Source: an uncultured Bacillota bacterium
GTDB taxonomy: Bacteria; Bacillota; Dethiobacteria; DTU022; UBA8154
Reading direction: 5' to 3'
NCBI GenBank assembly: GCA_937973635.1
Contig: CALJJZ010000002.1
Coordinates: forward strand, 7,550-71,549
DNA: 64,000 bases
The translations under genes were made by a program, and so were the position numbers. The notes under the pieces were generated by a model that was given only the letters and a program-made list of their open reading frames with translations, did no database searches and was not told where the DNA came from. Each line of letters starts with the position of its first letter. The stretch's first letter is position 1. Positions 1-8,438 of this stretch are shown here, piece by piece.

Positions 1-18
1 CTCTCCTCTTCAAGCAAT

Positions 19-897
19 TTATTTAATGAAAGACAATAAGGCTTCACGCAGGACTTTGGCCCCAAGCAAAGCCGTCACCGCTGCATGGTCATGGGGAGGA
101 CAGATTTCCACCAGGTCAAAGGCCACCACTTGCCCCCCCAGGGGCTCCAGCAGCCTGAAAGCCTGTAAGAGCTCGCCGGAGGTGATGCCGCCCGGTTCCG
201 GTGCGCTTACCCCCGGCGCAAAGGCCGGGTCCACCACATCTATATCCAGGGAGATATAAAGGGGCTTCTCCCCGAGCATGGGGATAATTTCCCTCAGCGC
301 CCCTTCAAGGACAAAGGGGAAAAAACGCCCCTTTTCCATTCCGGCCAGCTCTTCCCGGGCCGCGGAACGGACGCCGGCCTGGTAAAGGGTCACGCCGGGC
401 AGCCGTTGCAGGTGATAGGCCACCGCAGCATGGGAAAGGGTATTATCCAGATAGGAAGGGCGCAGATCGGCATGGGCATCCAGGTAAAGCACGTCCAGGG
501 AAGGAAAATGTTCCAGACAGCCCTGCACCGCCGCCAGGGTAACGGTGTGTTCGCCACCCAGCAAAAAAGGTTTTTTCCCGGCTCCCACGATGGCGCTTAC
601 CGCTTCGGCCGTAAGCTGCCGCGCCTTTTCCGTATTGCCGGGGGCGAGGACAAGGTCCCCCGCGTCATAAAAAGGGAGCTCCAGAAGCGTTTTCCCGCAA
701 TAAAGGCTGTATTCTTCCAGGTTGCGCGAAAGCAGCCGCACCGCGGCAGGTCCAAAACGGCTGCCGGGACGGAAGGAGCTGGTATCATCAAGGGGAACAC
801 CGAGGATCACCCCGCGCGCTGCCGCCAGGTCCCGGCCGGCCGCCAGAAAAACACCGGGGTTGTCCCGCAGGGGAAGTGTAAAGTCCATGGCCGCCAT
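19..897 (-). CDS. speB: Agmatinase / ureohydrolase family protein
   Basis: Arginase-family motifs GGEHTVT, DAHAD and SLDIDVVDP; directly downstream of speE. Confidence 0.9.
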   Translation of the reverse strand: MAAMDFTLPLRDNPGVFLAAGRDLAAARGVILGVPLDDTSSFRPGSRFGPAAVRLLSRNLEEYSLYCGKTLLELPFYDAGDLVLAPGNTEKARQLTAEAVSAIVGAGKKPFLLGGEHTVTLAAVQGCLEHFPSLDVLYLDAHADLRPSYLDNTLSHAAVAYHLQRLPGVTLYQAGVRSAAREELAGMEKGRFFPFVLEGALREIIPMLGEKPLYISLDIDVVDPAFAPGVSAPEPGGITSGELLQAFRLLEPLGGQVVAFDLVEICPPHDHAAVTALLGAKVLREALLSFIK

Positions 898-901
898 CCC
901 C

Positions 902-1774
902 TTACTTTTCGCTCAGGATCTTTTGGTGCTCCAGGCCCGGCTCCAGCTCCAGCAGCTCCCGCACAAAAGGAGGCAGGGCAAAGGCACTGCGGTGCATCTC
1001 CGGAGAGTAGTAGCGCAAACCGGCCGGCAGATAATCCCCTGCCGGTTCCAGGGGGCTGTACAGCTTCGTGGCCAGGGTAAAGCTCCAGAGGCCGCTGGGA
1101 TAGGTGGGCACAGGGCAGAGGTAAAGGAAAGCGCGGGGGAAAACGGCGCTGATCCGCCTATAGGAAGCCCGCAGCAGGTCCCTGTTATATAAGGGCGACT
1201 CGGTCTGGGCCACCAGCACACCGCCCTCTTTTAAAGACTGGAAGACCCCCTGGTAAAAGGGGAGGCCAAACAGCCCTTCCGCGATGGCCACAGGTTCGGT
1301 AGAATCCACTATCACCACATCAAAGGCGTCCTGGTGGGCGGCTATGTATTCCCCGCCGTCCCGGTAAATGATCTCCAGGCGGGCATCGTCAAGGGCGCAG
1401 CTGATTTCCGGTAAAAAGAGGCGCGCCGCCTCCACTACGCCGGCATCGATCTCCACCAGCGTAATCTTCTCCACCCCGGGGTAACGGCTGATCTCTCTTA
1501 CTACTCCGCCGTCGCCGCCGCCGATTACCAGCACGGACCGGGGGGCGGCGTGGGTGCGCATGGGGACATGGGCAATCATCTCATGATAGAAAAATTCATC
1601 GTTTACCGTGGTCTGGACCATACCGTCAAGGACAAGCATGCGGCCGCATTGCACCGTATCCAGGACGGCGATCTCCTGGAAGGCGGAGCGCTTGTAATAC
1701 AGCGTTTCTTTCACTTTCAGACTGAGCCCCAGCGCCGGGGTCTGCTTCTCCGTGTACCAAAGTTCCATCTCCAT
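902..1774 (-). CDS. speE: Polyamine aminopropyltransferase (spermidine synthase family)
   Basis: Motifs GRMLVLDG, YHEMIAH, VLVIGGGDGG and VIIVDSTEP. Confidence 0.95.
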   Translation of the reverse strand: MEMELWYTEKQTPALGLSLKVKETLYYKRSAFQEIAVLDTVQCGRMLVLDGMVQTTVNDEFFYHEMIAHVPMRTHAAPRSVLVIGGGDGGVVREISRYPGVEKITLVEIDAGVVEAARLFLPEISCALDDARLEIIYRDGGEYIAAHQDAFDVVIVDSTEPVAIAEGLFGLPFYQGVFQSLKEGGVLVAQTESPLYNRDLLRASYRRISAVFPRAFLYLCPVPTYPSGLWSFTLATKLYSPLEPAGDYLPAGLRYYSPEMHRSAFALPPFVRELLELEPGLEHQKILSEK

Positions 1775-1806
1775 TACCGTTTGATCATCTCCGTTTTTAT
1801 TAATAA

Positions 1807-2262
1807 TTACCAGAGGGCCACCGCGGCAAAAGCGGCACCGGCTTTTTCCACACGGTGCTCCACGCTTTTTACCTGGATTTTTACCAGTTCCCGCTCCCTG
1901 TTTTTAAAAGCCTCCTGCAGCATCTCTTCCACCTTGCGGCGCGCTTCCGCCGCGCTACAGGCCCCCGCATGTTCCATAATCACGCCGGACCCGTCCGGGG
2001 CAAACCCTATGCCTATGGCCGCGGCGATGAGCTCGCCCTGCTTTTCGCTGGTATAAGCGCCATAAGCCGTGGGCACAAAAGCCCCCACAGGGAAGGCTAT
2101 TTTTTCCGCTTCCCGGCAACCGTGAGGCATAATGCTGCTCAGCCTGACCAGATTAATATCCCCCACCCCGGCCTCAAGCAGGGCTTTATCGAAGGCGGTA
2201 AGGCCGTGCCGGCCCTCCGCCGTCGCGGCCACAATGATAAATTGTTGCGGTTTTGCTAACAT
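1807..2262 (-). CDS. pdaD: Pyruvoyl-dependent arginine decarboxylase
   Basis: AFDKALLEAGVGDINLVRLSSIMP carries the Ser-Ser self-cleavage site; 151 aa; polyamine operon context. Confidence 0.85.
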   Translation of the reverse strand: MLAKPQQFIIVAATAEGRHGLTAFDKALLEAGVGDINLVRLSSIMPHGCREAEKIAFPVGAFVPTAYGAYTSEKQGELIAAAIGIGFAPDGSGVIMEHAGACSAAEARRKVEEMLQEAFKNRERELVKIQVKSVEHRVEKAGAAFAAVALW

Positions 2263-2348
2263 GGGGCCACCCCTTTACTGGTTATATTATATATAATTAG
2301 GCTTTGGATAATGATGCTTCTTTTTTGACTCCGCTAATATTCCAGGAT

Positions 2349-2357
2349 ATTATAGCA
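2349..2357 (-). promoter_or_regulatory. Extended -10 (TG-C-TATAAT) sigma-A promoter for pdaD-speE-speB
   Basis: TGCTATAAT on the minus strand about 90 bp upstream of pdaD; the -35 is poor and lies inside an inverted repeat. Confidence 0.5.
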
Positions 2358-2433
2358 GATCCCCGCCCGTTAATAAACAACGACCATTAACAGCGGGGGC
2401 TTGCGTTTGCGCCGGGCTGACAAAGGACAATCG

Positions 2434-2458
2434 AAAAAGACCTCGCCTGCAAGGTCTT
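2434..2458 (-). terminator. Probable intrinsic terminator after the MBL hydrolase gene
   Basis: Minus strand AAGACCT-N8-AGGTCTT followed by TTT. Confidence 0.55.
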
Positions 2459-2480
2459 CTCCTGCTGTTGGATGCATAAC

Positions 2481-3098
2481 TTAAGTTAAAAAGGGATTAT
2501 AACGCCGTTCTTCGCCGATGGTTGTCGGAGGACCGTGTCCCGGGAAAACCTCCGTGGAATCGGGATAGACCAGCAGCTTCCGCCTGATACTCTGGAGCAG
2601 GGTTCCGTAGGAGCCGCCGGGCAGGTCGGTACGCCCGATGGACGAAGCAAAAAGGGTGTCTCCCGTAAAAAGGGCGCCCCCGATCTCCAGACAGATGCCG
2701 CCCGGCGAATGCCCCGGGGTTTCCAGCACCTTGATCCGCAGCTGTCCCAGCTTCAGCAGATCCCCTTCCTGGACAAAGCGATCCGGTTCCTTTACCCCTG
2801 CCTGACCCGTAAAAAGGGCCATGCTGGAAGAACGGCTGCGATAAAGGGGCAGATCGGCCCTGTGCCCCAGGAGGGGAGCCTGAAAGGCATGGCAGACGTC
2901 ATGGTTTGCGCCGATATGATCAAGGTGGGCATGGGTATTAATGACATAACGGACCTTTAAAGCCAGGCCCCGAGCTTTGCTCACGATGAGGGGCCCATCG
3001 CCCCCGGGGTCAATAATGACACTTTCCCTTGTTTGCGGGCAGGCCACCAGGTAACAGTTCGCCATAAAGGGGCCTACTTCCAGAACTTCCAGGAGCAA
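2481..3098 (-). CDS. MBL-fold metallo-hydrolase (glyoxalase II / YcbL-like)
   Basis: NTHAHLDH, TPGHSPG, LFTGDTLF and PGHGP motifs. Confidence 0.9.
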   Translation of the reverse strand: MLLEVLEVGPFMANCYLVACPQTRESVIIDPGGDGPLIVSKARGLALKVRYVINTHAHLDHIGANHDVCHAFQAPLLGHRADLPLYRSRSSSMALFTGQAGVKEPDRFVQEGDLLKLGQLRIKVLETPGHSPGGICLEIGGALFTGDTLFASSIGRTDLPGGSYGTLLQSIRRKLLVYPDSTEVFPGHGPPTTIGEERRYNPFLT

Positions 3099-3166
3099 AA
3101 CTGCCGTCCTCCTTCAGGTACCGGGGATAAGCTGCCTTTGCTTTCTCCGCCGGGCATAATAAGCAA

Positions 3167-3195
3167 ATAATACCCCATGCCGGAATCCCTGTCAA
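3167..3195 (-). promoter_or_regulatory. Sigma-A promoter for the MBL hydrolase
   Basis: TTGACA-N17-TATTAT on the minus strand. Confidence 0.75.
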
Positions 3196-3198
3196 TAG

Positions 3199-3759
3199 CT
3201 AGCAGGCCAGGTTGACCTGCAACTGGACGATAATTCCCTCCCTGCTTACGGCATGAAAAAGGAAATATTCTCCGTAGATAGCATAGCTAAAGACCCCGTT
3301 GTCTAGATGCCCCGGCTCACCGTACAGGGCATACAATTTTCCCAGCGTATCGCCCGTTTTTAACCCCCGGGGTGTAGCATAGAGGGGGTCGGTTACGGTA
3401 ATCAGGGCCACCTCGCCGTCCAGGAGCTCCACCACCGTGCCGTCAGCATAAACCAGCCGCTTTAAATATCCGTCGTGTTCCGTTAGCTCCTCCATGGGGG
3501 CAAAAGGCATGGCCCCTTTAACCTCCTCCAGGTCCATCCTCACCCGGAGCGGGCCGAGCTGCAGATCCGCCTCCGTCAGAGCTTCTCCCCCATAAGCCGG
3601 GGCGGTACACTCCTGCTGCGGCGGCAAGGCTTCGCCGGGGGCGCTTATTCTCTCCTCAGGCGCCGGCCGGGCAGGGGCCGGGGGCGAAGGGTCGGCTGCC
3701 CCCTTTTCCGGACTGGAGCAACCGCCCAGCAGACACAGGACATTAATTTCGGGACACAA
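3199..3759 (-). CDS. Hypothetical lipoprotein-like protein (start and signal peptide uncertain)
   Basis: Lipobox-like LLGGC, Pro-rich linker, and a C-terminal TPRGLKTGD..LYGEP domain of the type seen in Firmicute surface proteins; in-frame stops lie just upstream. Confidence 0.6.
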   Translation of the reverse strand: MCPEINVLCLLGGCSSPEKGAADPSPPAPARPAPEERISAPGEALPPQQECTAPAYGGEALTEADLQLGPLRVRMDLEEVKGAMPFAPMEELTEHDGYLKRLVYADGTVVELLDGEVALITVTDPLYATPRGLKTGDTLGKLYALYGEPGHLDNGVFSYAIYGEYFLFHAVSREGIIVQLQVNLAC

Positions 3760-3850
3760 TGAAAATTATTAATTCTACATGGCAAAGCATAGCTTAAAAA
3801 ATATCCTTCCAAAAGTATCTCCTTCCTTCCAGAGAACCCGGAGATGCCCT

Positions 3851-4024
3851 TTACATCCAGGGAATTATGTCCTTCTCCAACCTAAAGGTATTGTTATCTG
3901 AAAGTACTACTTTAAAGTCATATCTTGCGCCTATGGAATACCCGCAAAAATATACCGGCCTTCTATTTACTAGATATTTCGCTTTGCGTAGTCGGTCTTG
4001 CAGCCATGATTCAAATGCGCTCAT
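3851..4024 (-). other. 57-codon AT-rich ORF or gene fragment (MSAFESWLQDRLRKAKYLVNRRPVYF...)
   Basis: ATG at 4024, TAA at 3853-3851; no clear SD; below the ORF-track length cutoff; family not recognised. Confidence 0.25.
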
Positions 4025-4099
4025 ATGCTAAAAAGGCTTGAATGTTTCTTTTCTGACTTACCTGTTAAAAATTTATCGTCCAAGGGTTCACCTTAACGG

Positions 4100-4573
4100 T
4101 TATTTATGGTACGGTTCGCCCTGCATGAGCTTGAAGCAGCGGTAAAGTTGTTCCAGCAAGATCAGCCGAGCCAGGCGGTGGGGGAAGGTAAGCCGGGAGA
4201 GGGAGAGGTTGAGGTCGCTCCTTTCTTTGAGCCCGGGAGCCAGCCCCGAGGCCCCGCCGAGGACAAAGTCAAGGCGGGGGCAGGTGTGCCTGAGCTTTTC
4301 CAGGTACGCGGCCAGCTCTTCTGTGCTCAGCGTGCGCCCTTCAGGGGTAAGGACGATGCAATGGGCCTCCCGGCGCAAATATTTGTCGATCCTCTGCTCT
4401 TCCTCCTGGAGCAGGGCCGCCAGGGCAAAGGCGTCGCGGCCCGTTTCTTTCCCTTCCGCCAGCTCGATTGTCTCCAGGCGGGCGTACGCTTTAAGCCGCC
4501 GGCTATAATGCTCCACCGCCTGGCGATAAAAGCTCTCCTTGAGTTTACCCACGGCGATAATACGGATCTGAAT
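4100..4573 (-). CDS. rlmH: 23S rRNA (pseudouridine-1915-N3) methyltransferase RlmH, probable ATT start
   Basis: QIRIIAVGKLKE N-terminus, FVLGGASG, SLSRLTFPHRLARLILLEQLYR and GEPYHK C-terminus; SD GGGAGG lies 9 nt before ATT at 4573. Confidence 0.95.
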   Translation of the reverse strand: MQIRIIAVGKLKESFYRQAVEHYSRRLKAYARLETIELAEGKETGRDAFALAALLQEEEQRIDKYLRREAHCIVLTPEGRTLSTEELAAYLEKLRHTCPRLDFVLGGASGLAPGLKERSDLNLSLSRLTFPHRLARLILLEQLYRCFKLMQGEPYHK

Positions 4574-4650
4574 CTCCAGCCACCTCCCGGGTATATCTTC
4601 TGTCCGGCCTTAGCCTTGTCGTCTTTTTACCGCCCGGAGGCGGAGAGTTT

Positions 4651-6756
4651 TCAGCCCAGGATGATCCTTGCGTCCAGCGCCACCAGCTCCTCCCCCTTCG
4701 CCGCCAGGGGGTTGATCTCCATCTCCTTGATGGCGGGATTGGCTTCCAGGAGCTGCGCCAGGGCCGTCAGGCAATGCAGTAGCTGCTCCGTGTCCACGGC
4801 GGGGCCGCCCCTGGCCCCGGCCAGGATCTTGCTTATTTTTGTTTGTCCGAGCATCTCCAGGAGCTCCTCCCTGCCAAAGGGCGGCACGGCAAGAGCAACA
4901 TCCTCCCAGACCTCCGTATAAATGCCCCCTGCGCCAAAGGCAATAACGGGGCCAAACTGGAGGTCCCGTTTGCCGCCCAGGAGCAGCTCCGTTCCCCCTT
5001 TATGGTAGGCCTGGAGCAGAACGCCATCTATCTTGGCCCCGGGCTGTTTTAGCTCTATCTCCCTGAACATCTCCGCAAAGGCCGCCGCCAGCTGCGCAGC
5101 GTCCCTCAAGTCCAGCCGCACGCCGCCTACGTCCGCTTTATGGATGATATCGGGGCTCCATACCTTCATGGCCACAGGGTAACCCAATCTGGCGGCAAGG
5201 GCAAGGGCCCCGGCCAGGTCTGCCGCCGTCCCCCAGGGAGCTACGGGGATGCCGTAGGCTTCAAGGATGCTGAAGGCGTCGCCGGGGGGCAGCGGCCCCG
5301 CCTTTTGCCCCGCCAGGAGCTCCGCCACTTTTTTCTGGCCCGCCGGCAAAGGGAGCTCCAGGGGTTGATAAACTTTTTTCCGCAGCAGATGATGGTATTT
5401 GTACAGGGCCGCCAGGGCCCTGACGGCCCGGTCAATGGAATAAAAATACAAGACCCTGCTCTCCCTTTCAAATTCCCTGGCGTATTCCTGAAAGCGCTGC
5501 CCGTACGTCCAGGCCACTACCGGCTTCTCGGGATATTTGGCCGCAAGCTCTTTGATCAGCCCTGTGGCGTCCAGGAAGTCCCCTTCTTCGTCCAGAAACG
5601 AACCGGTAATACAGAGCACGGCGTCAACCTGGGGGTCTGCCAGCAAAGCCTCCAGGATCAGGCGGTAGGCTTGGTGATAGCCGTGGAACATGCCCGAGGG
5701 CCACATATCCACGGGGTTGCTGCAGTGCGCCCAGGCCGGGAAAAGGGGGCTGAGCCGTTCTACCGTCTCGCTGCTCATCCTGGCCACCTCCAGGCCGTAC
5801 TTAAAGCAGGCATCCACAGCGATGATGTTGGCCCCACCCGAGATGGAGATGACGCCCAGCCTGTTCCCCTTGATGCCATGAAATCTGCTGAAGGTCTTGC
5901 TGAAGTCGTACAGTTCTTCCACGTCACCCACGCGGATGAGGCCGCATTGCCTGAAGGCCGCTTCAAAAACCCTGTCTTCGCCGGAGAGGGCGCCCGTGTG
6001 CGTGCCGGCGGCCCTGGCTCCGGCGGGGCTGGCTCCTGTCTTATAGACAAGCACCGGCTTCAGGGCCGCCGCTTCCCGGGCCGCCTGCATGAATTTGCGC
6101 CCGTCCCGCAGGCTTTCCATGTGCAAAGCGATCACCTTCAGGCGGGGATCCCGCGCCAGGTGGAGCAGCAGATCGGAGAATTCCAGGTCCGTGGTATTGC
6201 CCGTATCGATTAAAAGGCCGATGCCCCCCGTTACCTGCGGCGCCCCCACCACGAAAACTCCGGACTGGCAGAGGACCCCCGTTTTGGCCGTGGGGTTCAT
6301 AAAGCGCATAAATGAAGTGCAAAAGCGGTTAAAATTATTCACAACGCCCAGGGTATTGGGCCCCAGGATCCTGACCCCGTATTCTACCGCCTTTTTCAGG
6401 ATCTCTTCTTGCATTAATTTACCCCTTTCGTCCCCATCAAAAAAACCTTGGGCGACGATGATCACTAGCCCCACCTTTTTGGCACAGCACTGGTCAAAAA
6501 GCTCAGGCACGGCGTCCCGGGGGGCGCAGATTACAGCAAGGTCTGGCGTTTCGGGCACTTCCAGCAAAGACCTGTAGACATGGTGTCCCAGGATCGTGCC
6601 TCCTTTGGGGTTTATGGCATAGATCTTGCCCTGGTAGCCCCATTCCAGCAGCACTTCCAGGGGGTTGTTGCTTCCTTTGCCCTGGCGACTGGTCACGCCC
6701 AGCAGCGCCACGGAAGCGGGAGCGGTCAATTTTGCATAATCCTGTTCAGGCAGCAT
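4651..6756 (-). CDS. Acetate/acyl-CoA ligase (ADP-forming) family, fused alpha-beta
   Basis: CoA-binding N-terminus, ILGPNTLG, phospho-His HTGAL and ATP-grasp part with HKADVGGV; start set at ATG 6756, 8 nt after GGAGG. Confidence 0.85.
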   Translation of the reverse strand: MLPEQDYAKLTAPASVALLGVTSRQGKGSNNPLEVLLEWGYQGKIYAINPKGGTILGHHVYRSLLEVPETPDLAVICAPRDAVPELFDQCCAKKVGLVIIVAQGFFDGDERGKLMQEEILKKAVEYGVRILGPNTLGVVNNFNRFCTSFMRFMNPTAKTGVLCQSGVFVVGAPQVTGGIGLLIDTGNTTDLEFSDLLLHLARDPRLKVIALHMESLRDGRKFMQAAREAAALKPVLVYKTGASPAGARAAGTHTGALSGEDRVFEAAFRQCGLIRVGDVEELYDFSKTFSRFHGIKGNRLGVISISGGANIIAVDACFKYGLEVARMSSETVERLSPLFPAWAHCSNPVDMWPSGMFHGYHQAYRLILEALLADPQVDAVLCITGSFLDEEGDFLDATGLIKELAAKYPEKPVVAWTYGQRFQEYAREFERESRVLYFYSIDRAVRALAALYKYHHLLRKKVYQPLELPLPAGQKKVAELLAGQKAGPLPPGDAFSILEAYGIPVAPWGTAADLAGALALAARLGYPVAMKVWSPDIIHKADVGGVRLDLRDAAQLAAAFAEMFREIELKQPGAKIDGVLLQAYHKGGTELLLGGKRDLQFGPVIAFGAGGIYTEVWEDVALAVPPFGREELLEMLGQTKISKILAGARGGPAVDTEQLLHCLTALAQLLEANPAIKEMEINPLAAKGEELVALDARIILG

Positions 6757-6806
6757 CAAGTCTTCCTCCTTCATTGCTCTGTCGCATATATTTCCCCACC
6801 ATGATT

Positions 6807-8438
6807 TTACTGCCCTTGCAGATGGCGGCCGGCATTATCATAGGTGATGGGTTCACCGACCAGAAAGTACCCCGGCTCCAGGTTGTGCCGGTAATAGGAA
6901 ATGGTAAAGTGCAGATGGGGCCCCGTGGAGAAGCCGGTAGAGCCTACGGTGCCTATTGTTTCGCCCCGGGCCACAAGCTGCCCCTCTGTCACGTAAAGCT
7001 CATGCAGGTGATAGTAAACGCTGAACAGCCCCTGCCCGTGGTCGATGACCACCGTATTGCCGGTAAGGATTAAATACATGGCCAGGGTAACACGGCCGCA
7101 GCCCGTGGCCAGGACCGGCGTCCCCGTGGGAGCGGCAATATCCAGACCCGAATGCCGGTAAGAGGTGGGCTCGTTGTTTACATAACGGGTCTCGCCGAAT
7201 TCAGTGGTAAGGCGCCCGGAAACGGGCAGGACAAAGGGCTCGCTGTAGTAGCGAGTGCTGGCGCTGTGCTCCCGGGCCCGGGGGAAGTAGCGGTTAAATT
7301 CTTCGTAAGCGGCCGCGTTGCGGGTTGACGCCACAATGCGGCTATCCACCTGCAGATGCTGGATATGGAAATCCCGGGGCAGCACTACCAGGGTGGTCTC
7401 CTGCAGGGGTTCCCCCGCCAAGCCATAGGAGAGCCGGTAGCTCCCCGGCGGCGTGCCGTAGTGGGTTGGCAGATAAGTGACATAGCCGTCTGCGTAGGGG
7501 AAGAGCTCAAAGCGGTGGTCAAGCTCCAGCTCAAAGACTGGCAGCGCCCCCCGGGGCAGATGTCTGGCGTAAAACGCCGCCAACTCACCCTGGACGATCG
7601 TCCCGGGCAGTTCAAAGAGCGGCGGCAGTTCCATAAACAGAGCAAAGGAAGCTTCGTAGCGGCCGCGATACGCCTGCCCTTCGTCTTCCCAGTAAAGGCT
7701 CAGATGGTAGTGATAGAGGCCGTTGTGATAATGGGGGGCGGGCAGTTCGGCTCCGCTGAAGGGCCCGGCAAACACCGTTTCGCCCCCGGGGCCCGTGACA
7801 GAAAGGTGGGCGCGCCCGGGCAGGGGCTCCGCCTTGAGGAGGAGCCGGTCCGCCGCAGGGTTAAATACCGGCCAGTCCGGCCCGGGGCCGGCTAAGGGGG
7901 GCAGCTCGCCCCCGTACCAGTTGCCGTCCCATTTAAGGTACTCCCACGTGCGCCGCTGCACCAGGGGGTCCAGCCTTTCCCCCCCGGCCAGGAGCAGTAC
8001 CTCGGGCATCTGCCCGTAGGGGTACAGATCCTTAAAAGCGTCATGGGTGTAAAAAAAAGCGGCATTCCGGGAACGTAGAAGGCGGCCTGCCGGCGCGCCC
8101 TTGAAGTAAACCTCCCTTCCGGAGGTAACATATACGGTATAATGGCGGGGGAAAAGGCTTCCGGGGCCCACAGTCAAAAGGTAAGTTGCCTGGAGATCAT
8201 CTGCAGGAAGCTCCTGCACCGCGACCCCTTTCAGGGCAGCCAGGAGCTCCCCCGCCGTCTCCCGATCAAGGTCATAAATTTCCCGGCTCTCCCCGGCCTG
8301 ATTTGTAACCGCAAACGCCGAAAGGGCGGCAGGAAAAGGGGGCGCCAAAAACAGGAATGCCAAAAGGAGGGCAGCGCCCCCCGGCAGGGCAGCCTTTAAG
8401 AGGAAACGGTATAAACGCCCCCGGCCCTTTTGCTTCAT
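6807..8438 (-). CDS. Secreted/membrane-anchored M23 family metallopeptidase
   Basis: N-terminal hydrophobic segment; C-terminal HSGLD and HLH (HxxxD, HxH) motifs. Confidence 0.85.
   Translation of the reverse strand: MKQKGRGRLYRFLLKAALPGGAALLLAFLFLAPPFPAALSAFAVTNQAGESREIYDLDRETAGELLAALKGVAVQELPADDLQATYLLTVGPGSLFPRHYTVYVTSGREVYFKGAPAGRLLRSRNAAFFYTHDAFKDLYPYGQMPEVLLLAGGERLDPLVQRRTWEYLKWDGNWYGGELPPLAGPGPDWPVFNPAADRLLLKAEPLPGRAHLSVTGPGGETVFAGPFSGAELPAPHYHNGLYHYHLSLYWEDEGQAYRGRYEASFALFMELPPLFELPGTIVQGELAAFYARHLPRGALPVFELELDHRFELFPYADGYVTYLPTHYGTPPGSYRLSYGLAGEPLQETTLVVLPRDFHIQHLQVDSRIVASTRNAAAYEEFNRYFPRAREHSASTRYYSEPFVLPVSGRLTTEFGETRYVNNEPTSYRHSGLDIAAPTGTPVLATGCGRVTLAMYLILTGNTVVIDHGQGLFSVYYHLHELYVTEGQLVARGETIGTVGSTGFSTGPHLHFTISYYRHNLEPGYFLVGEPITYDNAGRHLQGQ

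Noticed and set aside
2481-3098. MBL hydrolase as the displaced walJ
   Set aside because: Its length and motifs fit the glyoxalase II/YcbL type, and it has its own promoter outside the wal locus.
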